NCBI GenBank assembly: GCA_043827085.1
Contig: JBDRPO010000004.1
Span: 2,847 to 66,846 of the forward strand
Reading direction: 5' to 3'
Source of the DNA: a bacterium
GTDB taxonomy: Bacteria; Patescibacteriota; Microgenomatia; UBA1400; UBA12108
DNA length: 64,000 bases
The position numbers and the translations under genes are program-made. Under the pieces are notes generated by a model, which saw only the letters and a program-made list of their open reading frames with translations, made no database searches and was not told where the DNA came from. Shown here piece by piece: positions 37,986-47,797 of this stretch; positions within the stretch are counted from its first letter, which is position 1; every line of letters begins with the position of its first letter.

Positions 37986-38053
37986 ATGAAATATAAAACA
38001 GGGTAGGGGGTTTGTCAACACCCCACTTTCATCCTGTGGTAACATAAGTTCGT

Positions 38054-38929
38054 ATGCAAAAACTCTTTCTTGTTCTAATTTCAGCCATCCTTCTCGCTGG
38101 TTGTACCCCCAAAGATCTTTTTGTAAAACCCCCTGCCGGACTTGAGATTGCTACCATTCCAGCTTCCACTGTCTTTCTCAACGGTGTAAGCAAAGGCGAA
38201 ACCCCTTACTCCGACAAAAATCTCAAACCTGGCACCTACACCCTCAAACTAATTCCAACTGGCACTCCTCTTCCTGCCCATGAAATCAATCTAACTCTGA
38301 CCTCCAAAGCCTCGACCATTATTTCTCGCACTTTCGCAGAGTCCGATCTGGATTCATCAGGATACACCCTTGAACTAAAAGAAGAGGCCTCAGGTGGCAC
38401 CTACCTCTCGGTCATTTCTGATCCCGATACCGTCAATGTAACAATCGACGATAAACCGAGCGGCTTCACTCCTCTCTCTAAACTTCCAGCTAGTCCCGGT
38501 ACTCACTCGATTACAGTCAACTCGCCAGGCTATACAGAACAAATCCTCTCCGTAAATACCGTCAAAGGCTATAATCTAGTAGTCAACTTCAAACTAGCCG
38601 GAGTCAATATCACCCTCGCTCCCTCCGAACCAGCCACACCCTCCGCCTCACTGAGTCCTTCCCCCTCACCTTCATTATTATCCTCCCCCACACCATCAGA
38701 TGAATCTTCAGTCAGCTTCCCAAAACCCTACGCCCTAATCGGTGAGACCGGTACTGGTTGGCTCCGGGTCAGAAAAGAGTCTTCTGGTACATCCGAGGAA
38801 TTAGGCAAAGTTGATACCGGCGAGAAACTCAAATATCTGGGTGAAAGTACCGATCTCGGTTGGCACAAAATCGAGTTCGAAGGCTCTGTCGGCTGGGTTT
38901 CCGGCAAATATGTAACTTTAGTTAAGTAA
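38054..38929 (+). CDS. Lipoprotein with PEGA-like repeats and C-terminal SH3b domain
   Basis: Lipobox LLAGC, two to three VxLNGVSKGETP-type PEGA segments, a Ser/Pro linker and a C-terminal SH3b-like WLRVRKESSGTSEELGKVDTGEKLKYLGE..GWHKIEF. Confidence 0.5.
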   Translation: MQKLFLVLISAILLAGCTPKDLFVKPPAGLEIATIPASTVFLNGVSKGETPYSDKNLKPGTYTLKLIPTGTPLPAHEINLTLTSKASTIISRTFAESDLDSSGYTLELKEEASGGTYLSVISDPDTVNVTIDDKPSGFTPLSKLPASPGTHSITVNSPGYTEQILSVNTVKGYNLVVNFKLAGVNITLAPSEPATPSASLSPSPSPSLLSSPTPSDESSVSFPKPYALIGETGTGWLRVRKESSGTSEELGKVDTGEKLKYLGESTDLGWHKIEFEGSVGWVSGKYVTLVK

Positions 38930-39854
38930 AGTATAAAATTGCAACTACCATCACTCCCCACAGCCCCACTACAAACAGAAGTGGTTTATCCGACATAATC
39001 ACCTTGTGTGGACTCTCCCCTTCGTTCTTTTCGTAAATTAACTGCATATAACGCATCACCCCAAAAATCACAACTGGTATCGTCGCCATTAGCCACTTAT
39101 CCATTATCAAAGTTCTCGGCAACAAAGAAAATAATTTGAGCACCTTTCCCTCTGCCGTAAATGGTGGGTGGAGGAATGTGAAAAACGCATACGTAAGCCA
39201 AGTAGTATTGGCAAACATTGAGGTATACGCGTCAAGTAATACTGGTGTGTAATGTATTAGGGTAGCTCTCAATTGTTTTGCCTCAATCTTTGACCCAGAC
39301 AGAAGCGTCATCTCGCTCCTTCTTTTCCCGACTGCCAAAAATAAAGATGCGGACACGACGGTGAGGAGGAACCATACATCCATGTGTACATTAATCACAA
39401 AACTGCCCGCATATATTCTCAGCACAAACCCAGCAGCTATCACAAACACGTCCAGTATTGGCACCTTCTTCCACCAAAGTGTATATAAAATATTCAACAA
39501 AAAGTATGTCCCCATCGCAGCAAAGAAAAACGTTGATGTCATAAGTGCCAACCAAAGAGATATCCCTCCAAGGAAAATAAACAAGAATATTGCTAAATCT
39601 ATCGGCATCTTTCCGCTAGCAATTGGTCTATTTTTCTTAAAAGGATGTTGTCGGTCGCTAGGTATATCGACGATGTCATTAAAAACATATATTGAAGATG
39701 ATAGTAGACAAAACAATATGAATGCCCAGACAACTTTAGGAAAATATCCCGGTACGAACAAAAATCCCGAAAAAATAATTGGTGCAAAAACCACGATGTT
39801 TTTGATCCACTGAGTCACTCGGATTGATTTGAAGACAAGAATAAGTTTATCCAC
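38922..39854 (-). CDS. UbiA-family prenyltransferase (decaprenyl-phosphate phosphoribosyltransferase-like)
   Basis: NDIVDIPSDRQHPFKKNRPIASG (NDxxDxxxD ... KxxRPxxSG) and 8-9 TM helices. Confidence 0.65.
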   Translation of the reverse strand: MDKLILVFKSIRVTQWIKNIVVFAPIIFSGFLFVPGYFPKVVWAFILFCLLSSSIYVFNDIVDIPSDRQHPFKKNRPIASGKMPIDLAIFLFIFLGGISLWLALMTSTFFFAAMGTYFLLNILYTLWWKKVPILDVFVIAAGFVLRIYAGSFVINVHMDVWFLLTVVSASLFLAVGKRRSEMTLLSGSKIEAKQLRATLIHYTPVLLDAYTSMFANTTWLTYAFFTFLHPPFTAEGKVLKLFSLLPRTLIMDKWLMATIPVVIFGVMRYMQLIYEKNEGESPHKVIMSDKPLLFVVGLWGVMVVAILYFT

Positions 39855-40822
39855 AACAATGCGCCTCCCACGCTAACTGCGATTAACAAGATTGTATAGA
39901 TTTTCATCTGGCTATTCAATTGCAGAGCTACTGTCCCTAAGATAGCAGTCACAAGCCAATAAAAACTGGCGACTTTCCGTTTACTCCAACCTATCTTCAG
40001 TAGTTGATGGTGTAAATGGCTAGTATCCCCCCACACTGGCGACTTACCAGACGCTATTCTCCTTCCTATCACATAAACAACATCCATAAATGGTACCCCT
40101 AGCACTATCATCGCCGTTGCGACCTTGGCTCCCGACAAAATCGACAGCACCGCCAAAAAATAACCAGCCAGCGCCCCTCCTCCCCATCCAGGCATAATTT
40201 TTTGTGGATACATATTAAAAATTAGTAGCCCCCCATAAGCTCCAGCTAGGGCAAATGACAAATACGCACTCGGCCAAGAAGTTATGTCGTTTACAAATCT
40301 AAAAGACAATATCCCCATAACCACTGCCGCGATGAGCGTAACCCCGGGCAATTGCCCGTCTAGACCCTTTGCTCCCATATTTACAAAATTCATCCCCCAC
40401 ACGATCCAAATGACAGTCAAGGCACTGGTCAAAAAATGCATATTCAACTGAACTACCCCTGAGCCTATGGGATTGCTAATATATGTAATTCCAATTCCTG
40501 ATAAAACAACAATTAATGCCGCAACAACTCCCAATAAAATCCGGAAATATGGCGAAATATCTAGCACGTCGTCCAGAATCCCCGCTACTGTTATGACCAC
40601 TGCCCCCGCGAATATTCCTGCAATTTGTGGGTCGATTTTTACAAAAATTAATGTTGTAAAGACCATTGCAGCAAATATCGGGATTCCACCGCCTCTTGGT
40701 ACAGGAATAGTGTGAATATTTTTTGGGTGTTGTTTCCTCGTTGATTTGTCTACAAGTCCAAGCAACTTATATCCCTGTATGGTGAGATATGTTATTGCCA
40801 AGGATACTACGAATGCTAAAAC
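39815..40822 (-). CDS. Glycosyltransferase family 4 (WecA/MraY-type polyprenyl-phosphate N-acetylhexosamine-1-phosphate transferase)
   Basis: Polytopic, with a C-terminal VGVPFMDVVYVIGRRIASGKSPVWGDTSHLHHQLL motif. Start set at MIVQLAIL; the longer track ORF to 41056 has a non-coding-looking N-terminus. Confidence 0.7.
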   Translation of the reverse strand, partial: VLAFVVSLAITYLTIQGYKLLGLVDKSTRKQHPKNIHTIPVPRGGGIPIFAAMVFTTLIFVKIDPQIAGIFAGAVVITVAGILDDVLDISPYFRILLGVVAALIVVLSGIGITYISNPIGSGVVQLNMHFLTSALTVIWIVWGMNFVNMGAKGLDGQLPGVTLIAAVVMGILSFRFVNDITSWPSAYLSFALAGAYGGLLIFNMYPQKIMPGWGGGALAGYFLAVLSILSGAKVATAMIVLGVPFMDVVYVIGRRIASGKSPVWGDTSHLHHQLLKIGWSKRKVASFYWLVTAILGTVALQLNSQMKIYTILLIAVSVGGALLWINLFLSSNQSE

Positions 40823-40848
40823 GAATGGAAGGATAGCTAGTTGTACAA

Positions 40849-41232
40849 TCATAAAACTAGTGACTGCACGATGCCTAGTAATGAAACCATCATCATGGCA
40901 GCGATAATCGCTGTTGATACAGCAAGGACTCTTGGCAGTAAGGGAGATAATTTTGTCGCAACCCTCCCTAGTCCCAAATTCAAGATCAAAAATACTAAAG
41001 CAATCCCAGGGATCGTATACAGCATGAGTTTTGTCGCAAGCCGTGCCTCGCCCCACGGCAACGTAAAATATATAGGCACTATAAGAGGTAATTTACTATA
41101 GAGCAGAGTAATAAAAACCATCATCAGCACTATTAGTCCAAAACCAATAACATAACTACTCCTCCCCAAGCTATCCGGAACTAGTATCTCTGCCGTCTCA
41201 CGAATGCTAAAAATTTGTTTATTCTTTATCAT
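40849..41232 (-). CDS. Hypothetical small membrane protein
   Basis: Three predicted TM helices; no recognised motif. Confidence 0.3.
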   Translation of the reverse strand: MIKNKQIFSIRETAEILVPDSLGRSSYVIGFGLIVLMMVFITLLYSKLPLIVPIYFTLPWGEARLATKLMLYTIPGIALVFLILNLGLGRVATKLSPLLPRVLAVSTAIIAAMMMVSLLGIVQSLVL

Positions 41233-41233
41233 G

Positions 41234-42721
41234 CTAAAGGTGAATGTATATCTGGATATCACCTATCGTCTTGACCAAAATATATTTGTGATCCAAAAGC
41301 GTTGTTAACGCCGGGAAATCACCCGCTCCAGGTTGCACCAAAATATACCCTGGCTGATTATTTTGCAAATTCTCTGCCGTGTAATCATACTTTTTGAGAT
41401 CCCTGACATGGAAACTCACAATATACTTCCCCCCAGAAGGCAACCGTTTTGTCAGGTTATATATTGTCGAATCAGTCCCCCAAATATATATCTTGTCTTC
41501 ATCAGTCAAATGTTCGTTTAAGTATTTTACAGTTTCATAATTCTGCGCACCATTATCAAATCTCGCCAAATATTCAGGCCACGTAATCCTCTTGGTAACG
41601 TATTCCCAATAACTTTTATATACGCTTACGGTTGGATATCCCCAGAATCCGATTCTCCACTGCACCACCCCTCCAATCCCCACGAGTACTCCAATTACTA
41701 GCCAGGTGACAACATTTTCCGCAGTAAATACGAAAGGAATTAAAAGTGCAGCGGCCGGCACCACCTCTTGTAGATAATGTGGATACGGACGAGCCGAGAG
41801 TAGTGCTCCAAATAGCGCAAACCCCACCCACAAAGAGGTAAACACAAATGATTTATTCAGCTTATTCCGAAGTAGATATAATCCAAGGGCATATACCGCG
41901 AGGATCGTCCCCCTCACTACAAGCCCGCTCTTAAACGGATTAAACGTATACGTACTCGTTGACCAAGAAGACACATATCCCAAGTTCATCGTCAAAACTG
42001 TATCCAAATAATCTGATCCAGTACCTTTAAGGTAATAGTAAACAAAAGTCGTCAGGAGTGGAGTAACAAACGCCAGTAAGTAGGCCAGGAACGACCACGA
42101 GAATATAGCTGCCAAACCTTCGCGAAACGTCTTTCTCTTATACACCAAAAAATAAAGACCCAGTGCAATCATGTCAAAAGCCACGGGAATTTTAAATAAC
42201 CAACCGATACCCCCGAGTAGTCCCGCGATCAAGAACTTCTTCCACTCTGCTAGTTTCGCGCGCCAGAGAATTACTGCTGCTGCCGTGACTGGAATCATCA
42301 TGAGTAGTTCGGCGTTTACAGTGAGTCCCTCTAGAGTGGGTAGGGTAGTCAGAAGTACGAACAAGAAAGAGCTGATATATGCCAATTTTGGCCTAGTTCT
42401 AGCCCATATGAGCTGTGACAATTTCCAGAACAAGATTGTGTGCAAGACCATAAAGCCTGCAAGCAGTCCTCGGAAAGCTAACATTGTCGGTGCCACTCCC
42501 GCCATTATGTAGATGAGAGGCGGTTTATGGTCAAACATGGCCTTATAAAGTGGTTCCCCCATTCTCCAGGCACGTCCCATTACAAAGTATATTTCTTCGT
42601 CGCCATAATAATGGGGCATCACTAAACTAGGGAGTCTCAGTACCACGACCAACATAACTAGAAATATCACCCACTCGTGCTTATTACACCAAGCCTGAAC
42701 AGCCTTCATTCCTTTGAGCAT
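41234..42721 (-). CDS. GT-C-fold membrane glycosyltransferase (GT39/GT83, PMT/ArnT-like)
   Basis: N-terminal YGDEEIYF...DHKPPL loop motif and >=10 TM helices. Confidence 0.6.
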   Translation of the reverse strand: MLKGMKAVQAWCNKHEWVIFLVMLVVVLRLPSLVMPHYYGDEEIYFVMGRAWRMGEPLYKAMFDHKPPLIYIMAGVAPTMLAFRGLLAGFMVLHTILFWKLSQLIWARTRPKLAYISSFLFVLLTTLPTLEGLTVNAELLMMIPVTAAAVILWRAKLAEWKKFLIAGLLGGIGWLFKIPVAFDMIALGLYFLVYKRKTFREGLAAIFSWSFLAYLLAFVTPLLTTFVYYYLKGTGSDYLDTVLTMNLGYVSSWSTSTYTFNPFKSGLVVRGTILAVYALGLYLLRNKLNKSFVFTSLWVGFALFGALLSARPYPHYLQEVVPAAALLIPFVFTAENVVTWLVIGVLVGIGGVVQWRIGFWGYPTVSVYKSYWEYVTKRITWPEYLARFDNGAQNYETVKYLNEHLTDEDKIYIWGTDSTIYNLTKRLPSGGKYIVSFHVRDLKKYDYTAENLQNNQPGYILVQPGAGDFPALTTLLDHKYILVKTIGDIQIYIHL

Positions 42722-42730
42722 AACACCATT

Positions 42731-44248
42731 CTACAATATTTTTGTTGGTGTTACCTTCTCTGTTACTTTGTATTCGATATACTTACCGAGCATTAACCGT
42801 GTATGGGCATCAATCCCTGGTACTGCAGTAAAAAAGAACCCTACGACTGGTATCGTCACAAACTCCAGTGCTCCCAAAATAAAGCTCACAACGGGGATTT
42901 GCCTACCCTCTCGTTTCGGACGTAGTTTATCATTTAAAATGATCATGATCACAAGCGCCACCAAACACATCGTCAGTATCCCCGATGTTACTTGCGGTAA
43001 AGTTTTTCCAATAATTGTCCGTGAAAAGTCTTTATTCAAGAATGGTGGTATCAGCGCCCCAATGGTAATCGCAAACCAATTCACCGGCCACAAAAAATGA
43101 TCCTCCATGACCCGTAATACTCTGATAGTCTTCTCCCAAAAAGGCACCGTCTCAGCCATAATCCATCGTGAAATTACGTATGGTGTATCAGACACTCCCC
43201 AGGCCCATCGCTTCACTTGTTCGTACTGGCTCGTGTACGTCTTCCACACACTCTCCGCTTCCGCCGCATCAGCCATGATCGGTAAAAACAATGGTTCCAC
43301 GCTAACCCTGCCCTCGAGCGCAAAAAAAGCCTTGAAAAATAGCCGCCAATCCTCCGGGATGACATCAGTATCCCAGTACCCAATCGCATCAATCATCTTC
43401 AAGCTCGCCGAGTACGTCGAGAAATTGATAAGACGGTCTTTTCTTGCGACCATCGAAAGTGACATTATCGTTGCCGAGGAAGAGAATACTCGCACGAGCA
43501 TGGGAACTTTCCAAATGTTATTATAAAACATGAGGATCGCCTGCCAAATAGTCGTATAACGGGCTGGGTTATCTAAAAAATGGTACGACAGGCAAGCAAA
43601 GTAGGCTGGGTGTAAGAGCGAATCGGCATCTTCACTTGTAATTGTAATGTAATCGATGTCAGCTCCTTCCTGGTCTACTAGCAGACGCTTGGCCTCCTTT
43701 GCCCCCCACGAGGTGTTAGATGATTTCCCCTTCACTTCCCCTGGTAAATCGGGATGGTAGGTGACCCACAAATGGCCAAACACTCCCCTATACTGCTCAA
43801 GTAGTTCCCCCGCCTTTTTTCTCGCCAGTTCTCCCTCCCTATCTTCAAGCGAAAGCATAATATGGATTCTCTTCAAGGGAAACGTTTGTTCTTTTAGTTT
43901 TTCAAGCGTTCTTCGGAGCGTGGCTTGCGGTTCTTTGTAAGTAGGGATCACGATGATATGGTGTACCTTTTTCCAATCTGGGAAACTTCTCACATCACCC
44001 ATCCAGTCATAAACCTGAAAAGTTTTTAACTTTAGATATCCCAATACAGCCATCAATGCCGTCGTAATTGAACGGTAGAACCAATAGACAGAGAAAGCGA
44101 TAATGTAATAGGCTACCACTTCAGGGATGACAAAAGACCCCCACACCGGGAACAGGATCAGAAACCACGAGACGAATCCTGGCAATATCTCCAGTGCCCG
44201 CTTAGTCCGCACCGGATGTCTGCGCATCCATTTTTGTAAATATTTCAT
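42731..44248 (-). CDS. Membrane-embedded family-2 glycosyltransferase (processive, cellulose/chitin-synthase-like)
   Basis: VIPTYKE, the DAD-type SEDAD motif and Q..RW (QYEQVKRWAWG), with flanking TM helices. Confidence 0.75.
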   Translation of the reverse strand: MKYLQKWMRRHPVRTKRALEILPGFVSWFLILFPVWGSFVIPEVVAYYIIAFSVYWFYRSITTALMAVLGYLKLKTFQVYDWMGDVRSFPDWKKVHHIIVIPTYKEPQATLRRTLEKLKEQTFPLKRIHIMLSLEDREGELARKKAGELLEQYRGVFGHLWVTYHPDLPGEVKGKSSNTSWGAKEAKRLLVDQEGADIDYITITSEDADSLLHPAYFACLSYHFLDNPARYTTIWQAILMFYNNIWKVPMLVRVFSSSATIMSLSMVARKDRLINFSTYSASLKMIDAIGYWDTDVIPEDWRLFFKAFFALEGRVSVEPLFLPIMADAAEAESVWKTYTSQYEQVKRWAWGVSDTPYVISRWIMAETVPFWEKTIRVLRVMEDHFLWPVNWFAITIGALIPPFLNKDFSRTIIGKTLPQVTSGILTMCLVALVIMIILNDKLRPKREGRQIPVVSFILGALEFVTIPVVGFFFTAVPGIDAHTRLMLGKYIEYKVTEKVTPTKIL

Positions 44249-45015
44249 ATCTTAAATAATCTTATTGCATTTTCTGTCGTTTGTTCTCCTAAGGCCTGCA
44301 AGGACTGTCCTCGTAGGTCAGCCATTATCTGGCCAGTTATTCTAACATTACAGGGTTCATTTCGCTCTCCTCGCTTACCAATAGGGGGTAAATATGGTGA
44401 ATCCGTCTCGAGTAACAACCTATTGCTAGGAACCAACTTCACGAGCTCCCTCAGCTCTCGATTTGATTTATACGTGACATTGCCGTCAAACCCTACGTAA
44501 AAACCCCTTGAGAGCACCCAGTCCAAAAAATCCACGTTGCCACTAAAACAATGAAACTGTCCTCTCGGCAACACTGTCATCTGCTCAATTATTTTCCTAA
44601 TTAACTCATGGCTCAACCGGTTGTGTATCACCACTGGCTTGTCTAGCCGCACGGCCATTTCAAGTTGAGCCTTAAACATTTCCGTTTCAAGCGTTTCATT
44701 TTTCTCATTCCAATGACTATCCAAACCTATCTCTCCGATACCCACAACCTTCTCATTACTTTTCACCATCTTTTCAATTTTGTCTAAATCATCCCGCCAA
44801 TGTTGGTGCTTTTGGCCATCGCCAGGATAAAGACCGGCACACCCATACACTTGAGTGTATTTCCTAGTTAACTCCAACATCATCTTTGTAGTTTTCAAAT
44901 TTACCGATGGACAAATTATTTTCCCTATCCCAGCCTCACCAGCTCTTTGTATTACGCGATCAATTTCATTAGTAGATCCCAAATACATCAAATGTGCGTG
45001 CGTATCAACAAACAT
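44245..45015 (-). CDS. tatD: TatD-family metal-dependent deoxyribonuclease
   Basis: FVDTHAHL, GEIGLD and conserved His/Asp/Glu ligands. Confidence 0.85.
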   Translation of the reverse strand: MFVDTHAHLMYLGSTNEIDRVIQRAGEAGIGKIICPSVNLKTTKMMLELTRKYTQVYGCAGLYPGDGQKHQHWRDDLDKIEKMVKSNEKVVGIGEIGLDSHWNEKNETLETEMFKAQLEMAVRLDKPVVIHNRLSHELIRKIIEQMTVLPRGQFHCFSGNVDFLDWVLSRGFYVGFDGNVTYKSNRELRELVKLVPSNRLLLETDSPYLPPIGKRGERNEPCNVRITGQIMADLRGQSLQALGEQTTENAIRLFKI

Positions 45016-45033
45016 GAGTTCATTCTACATTAG

Positions 45034-45222
45034 CTAACCCGTTCCCATCACAAACCCGCGACTATTCCCATACTGCACAAAACCCTGATAATCCAATTCG
45101 GTGTGATCTACTATAGATCCTTCAAAATTAGTGCCAGCCAAGTCCGCTCCCACAAACTTCGCCTTAGTGAGTTTACATCGATCAAACACCGCCACCGCTA
45201 GTTTTGCCTGGTCGAAATCCAC
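45034..45222 (-). CDS. Pentapeptide-repeat protein (C-terminal portion; possibly the 3' part of an interrupted gene)
   Basis: A(D/N)LxG-type pentapeptide repeats. Only 17 nt separate it from the upstream pentapeptide ORF. Confidence 0.45.
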   Translation of the reverse strand: MDFDQAKLAVAVFDRCKLTKAKFVGADLAGTNFEGSIVDHTELDYQGFVQYGNSRGFVMGTG

Positions 45223-45239
45223 TCCTTATAGGTCACACT

Positions 45240-45614
45240 TTAAAACACAGTATTAAGCAAACTCGCTCCCCGAAATATGCATTCCCGTAGTGCGTACCAC
45301 ACTACTTCATCTTTCGTCCCCGTCTTTACGTGGCGGAAGATACTATTCTCCATTACTGTTCCGCGGAAATCGCACTTAATAAGCGTCGTCGGGGTCAAAT
45401 CCAAATTACTCAGCTTACTCCCCGGGAAGCTGCATTCTTCAAAAGAAGTTCCCTCAAATATTACTCCCGTGAAATCACAATTTTCAAACATACACTTGGT
45501 AAATGAACTAAACTTTAATTTTACTCCCGCAAACCAGCACCCCACAAACTTTGAGTCTCTTATCTGCTCTCCCTTTAACTCTGTTTCAGTGAACACTTTA
45601 TCCCGATAATTCAT
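45240..45614 (-). CDS. Pentapeptide-repeat protein
   Basis: Tandem pentapeptide repeats throughout (FxGxxFxxCxF...). Confidence 0.6.
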   Translation of the reverse strand: MNYRDKVFTETELKGEQIRDSKFVGCWFAGVKLKFSSFTKCMFENCDFTGVIFEGTSFEECSFPGSKLSNLDLTPTTLIKCDFRGTVMENSIFRHVKTGTKDEVVWYALRECIFRGASLLNTVF

Positions 45615-45625
45615 TATTCTTAACG

Positions 45626-45650
45626 ATATAATGATTTAAATTCATTATAT
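45626..45650. promoter_or_regulatory. Palindromic operator-like motif ATATAATGA-TTTAAAT-TCATTATAT upstream of the pentapeptide gene
   Basis: 9-bp perfect arms. A related 16-bp perfect palindrome AATGATTTAAATCATT lies at 14197-14212 upstream of the NUDIX gene. Confidence 0.4.
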
Positions 45651-45661
45651 CAATTCCATAA

Positions 45662-47089
45662 TTAAGTTAATCGGGGGAAAAGGGGAGCCGACTTTACAAT
45701 TTTCTCTCCCCCAAACTGCTTAGATATTTTCTCGGCCGTCTCCGGCATAAAAGGCGAGAGATCGACCGCGATCTGTCGGACATCCCCAACCAACTTCACG
45801 AGCGCGCCTTCTTTTTCTTTACCTTTGAGCTCCCATACTTTTTGCTCCGACACAAACTGATCGGCCTTCTTGATCTTGTCCCAAATCCTCCCCATCGCTA
45901 TATCAAATCGATATAACTTAATTGCTACACCTACGTCCAAAGTAATCTCACGTTGTCTGTTGCTTTCGGCAATACTCATTCCACTAGCCATCGCTGCTAC
46001 TCGGGAAACCAGGTTTCCCAGCCCATTCTGCAAATCAGCCACATAGACCGTATTCATCCTCCCTTCAGTTAAATCTCCGTCATCCTGTGTTGGGATTTGT
46101 GATAGTAAATAGTATCTAAACGCCTCTACCCCAAACTTTTTGATTATTGCGTACGGGTCAACTACGTTACCGATTGATTTGGACATTTTCTTTCCGCCCG
46201 AGGTAATAAATCCATGAACAAGAAGTGATTTAGGTAATTGCAACTTTGCAGACATGAGCATTGCCGGCCAATACACGGCGTGGAAACGAATAATATCTTT
46301 ACCAATGACGTGGAGATCAGCGGGCCACCATTTTTTGTACAATTTTTGGTCGTATCCCCATCCAACTGCTGTTTGATAGATATTGAGCGCATCAAACCAC
46401 ACGTACATTTTCTGGCTATCATCGCCTGGGACTGGTACTCCAATTCCTCGCGCCCTTTGATTGCTGCGCGAAATACTAAAATCTTCCAAGCCCAATATTA
46501 TAAAACTCAATACTTCTCTTTTACATTTTTCCGGCTCTATCTTCAAAGTGTCTGATTCGATCAATTTGATTAGTTTATCTTGATATTTAGACAATCTAAA
46601 GAAATAATTTTCTTCCTCTACAACTTCTGGTTCTTTGTTGTGATCGGGGCATTTACCATCCACCAAGTCATCTTTAGTTTTAAATGATTCGCACCCCACA
46701 CAATAAAGACCCTTATACTTTTTCTTATAAATATCTCCATTTTTATCGGTCAGTTTCCACAATTCCTGCACGCCCGGCCAATGTTGTACTTGGTCGGTGC
46801 CACGCCGGAATTCGTCTAGATCTGCTTCGAGTAATTTATAAAAATCCTGAAAAACCTTGGCGTATTTATCCAAGAATACGTCCGGCTCCATCCCAACTTT
46901 CTCCGCCGCCTGCACATTTTTCAGTGCATTTTCATCCGCTCCAGACACAAAAAAGACTTCATCTCCGACCGTCTCATGATACCGATGTATTACGTCTGCC
47001 ATTACGTATTCGAGTGCATGGCCGCAGTGAGGATTAGCATTAACATAAGGAATCGCAGTAGTTAAGAAGAATTTCTTGCTCATCCCCAA
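45662..47089 (-). CDS. metG: Methionine--tRNA ligase (compact form)
   Basis: PYVNANPHCGH (HIGH-type), KMSKS (GGKKMSKSIGNV) and a Zn knuckle CVGCESF...CPDH. Confidence 0.9.
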   Translation of the reverse strand: MGMSKKFFLTTAIPYVNANPHCGHALEYVMADVIHRYHETVGDEVFFVSGADENALKNVQAAEKVGMEPDVFLDKYAKVFQDFYKLLEADLDEFRRGTDQVQHWPGVQELWKLTDKNGDIYKKKYKGLYCVGCESFKTKDDLVDGKCPDHNKEPEVVEEENYFFRLSKYQDKLIKLIESDTLKIEPEKCKREVLSFIILGLEDFSISRSNQRARGIGVPVPGDDSQKMYVWFDALNIYQTAVGWGYDQKLYKKWWPADLHVIGKDIIRFHAVYWPAMLMSAKLQLPKSLLVHGFITSGGKKMSKSIGNVVDPYAIIKKFGVEAFRYYLLSQIPTQDDGDLTEGRMNTVYVADLQNGLGNLVSRVAAMASGMSIAESNRQREITLDVGVAIKLYRFDIAMGRIWDKIKKADQFVSEQKVWELKGKEKEGALVKLVGDVRQIAVDLSPFMPETAEKISKQFGGEKIVKSAPLFPRLT

Positions 47090-47101
47090 ATTATACCAGA
47101 C

Positions 47102-47464
47102 CTATTTCATCAGCTTCTCAAGTGCGCGGGACAGTCGGATACTCCACACATCCGCCCATTCTTCCGCCTTCACTTTTGTCAACGCCATCTGCAAACCCTT
47201 GTTATTCATATTCTCCGCAACCGACGCAATAGTTGCGGTCGACACTTTAAGTACGTCCTTTATGTGCTCGTACGACTGGCGCTTGTCCAGAAATACCGCG
47301 ATCGCCAACCGCTTGGCGATAGCCGACAACTCATTTTCCGACATGAGTGCTTTCAGGGTTAGTTCCACCTCCACTTCATTCTTAGCATCCGCCAAAACCT
47401 GGTATAGGATTTTATATACCTGCGCTTCTATTTTATTGTTCATTGACTGGGTGGATTTTTTCAT
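47102..47464 (-). CDS. TrpR/YerC-YecD-like helix-turn-helix protein
   Basis: ~120 aa with a C-terminal helix-turn-helix (KRLAIAVFLDKRQSYEHIKDVLKVSTATIASV) typical of the YerC/YecD Trp-repressor-like family. Confidence 0.45.
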   Translation of the reverse strand: MKKSTQSMNNKIEAQVYKILYQVLADAKNEVEVELTLKALMSENELSAIAKRLAIAVFLDKRQSYEHIKDVLKVSTATIASVAENMNNKGLQMALTKVKAEEWADVWSIRLSRALEKLMK

Positions 47465-47777
47465 GCCTACGGTACATATACCAACTTTCAATGACTAAAG
47501 TCAAGAGGAGAGCTGCAGCTAGCCCGAAGTGCATGATCCTTATCACGGTCAAAATCAAGGCAGCAATAATCGTCAGCGTATACACGAAGCTTCTCCCCAT
47601 CGATCGGAGGATCAAGCTGAGTGTATACCAAATTGTCACAAACAGTAGCACAAAAAACGGCAAGTATAATCCTGGGATTAGAACATCTTTGAGTAGCTCC
47701 GGCTCGACATATAATATGACCGCTGTCAGCGCCCCATACAACGACAGCAAACTTAGTATTTTTGGTATCCACTTCAT
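47433..47777 (-). CDS. Hypothetical membrane protein
   Basis: Three TM helices, 114 aa. Confidence 0.3.
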   Translation of the reverse strand: MKWIPKILSLLSLYGALTAVILYVEPELLKDVLIPGLYLPFFVLLFVTIWYTLSLILRSMGRSFVYTLTIIAALILTVIRIMHFGLAAALLLTLVIESWYMYRRHEKIHPVNEQ

Positions 47778-47797
47778 CTTATGACTATAATAGCAGT

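Noticed and set aside
39815-41056. Long N-terminal extension of the WecA-like ORF (track start 41056)
   Set aside because: The first 78 residues are Cys/His-rich and non-hydrophobic, and overlap an independent small membrane ORF. MIVQLAIL at 40822 begins the first TM helix, as expected for this family.
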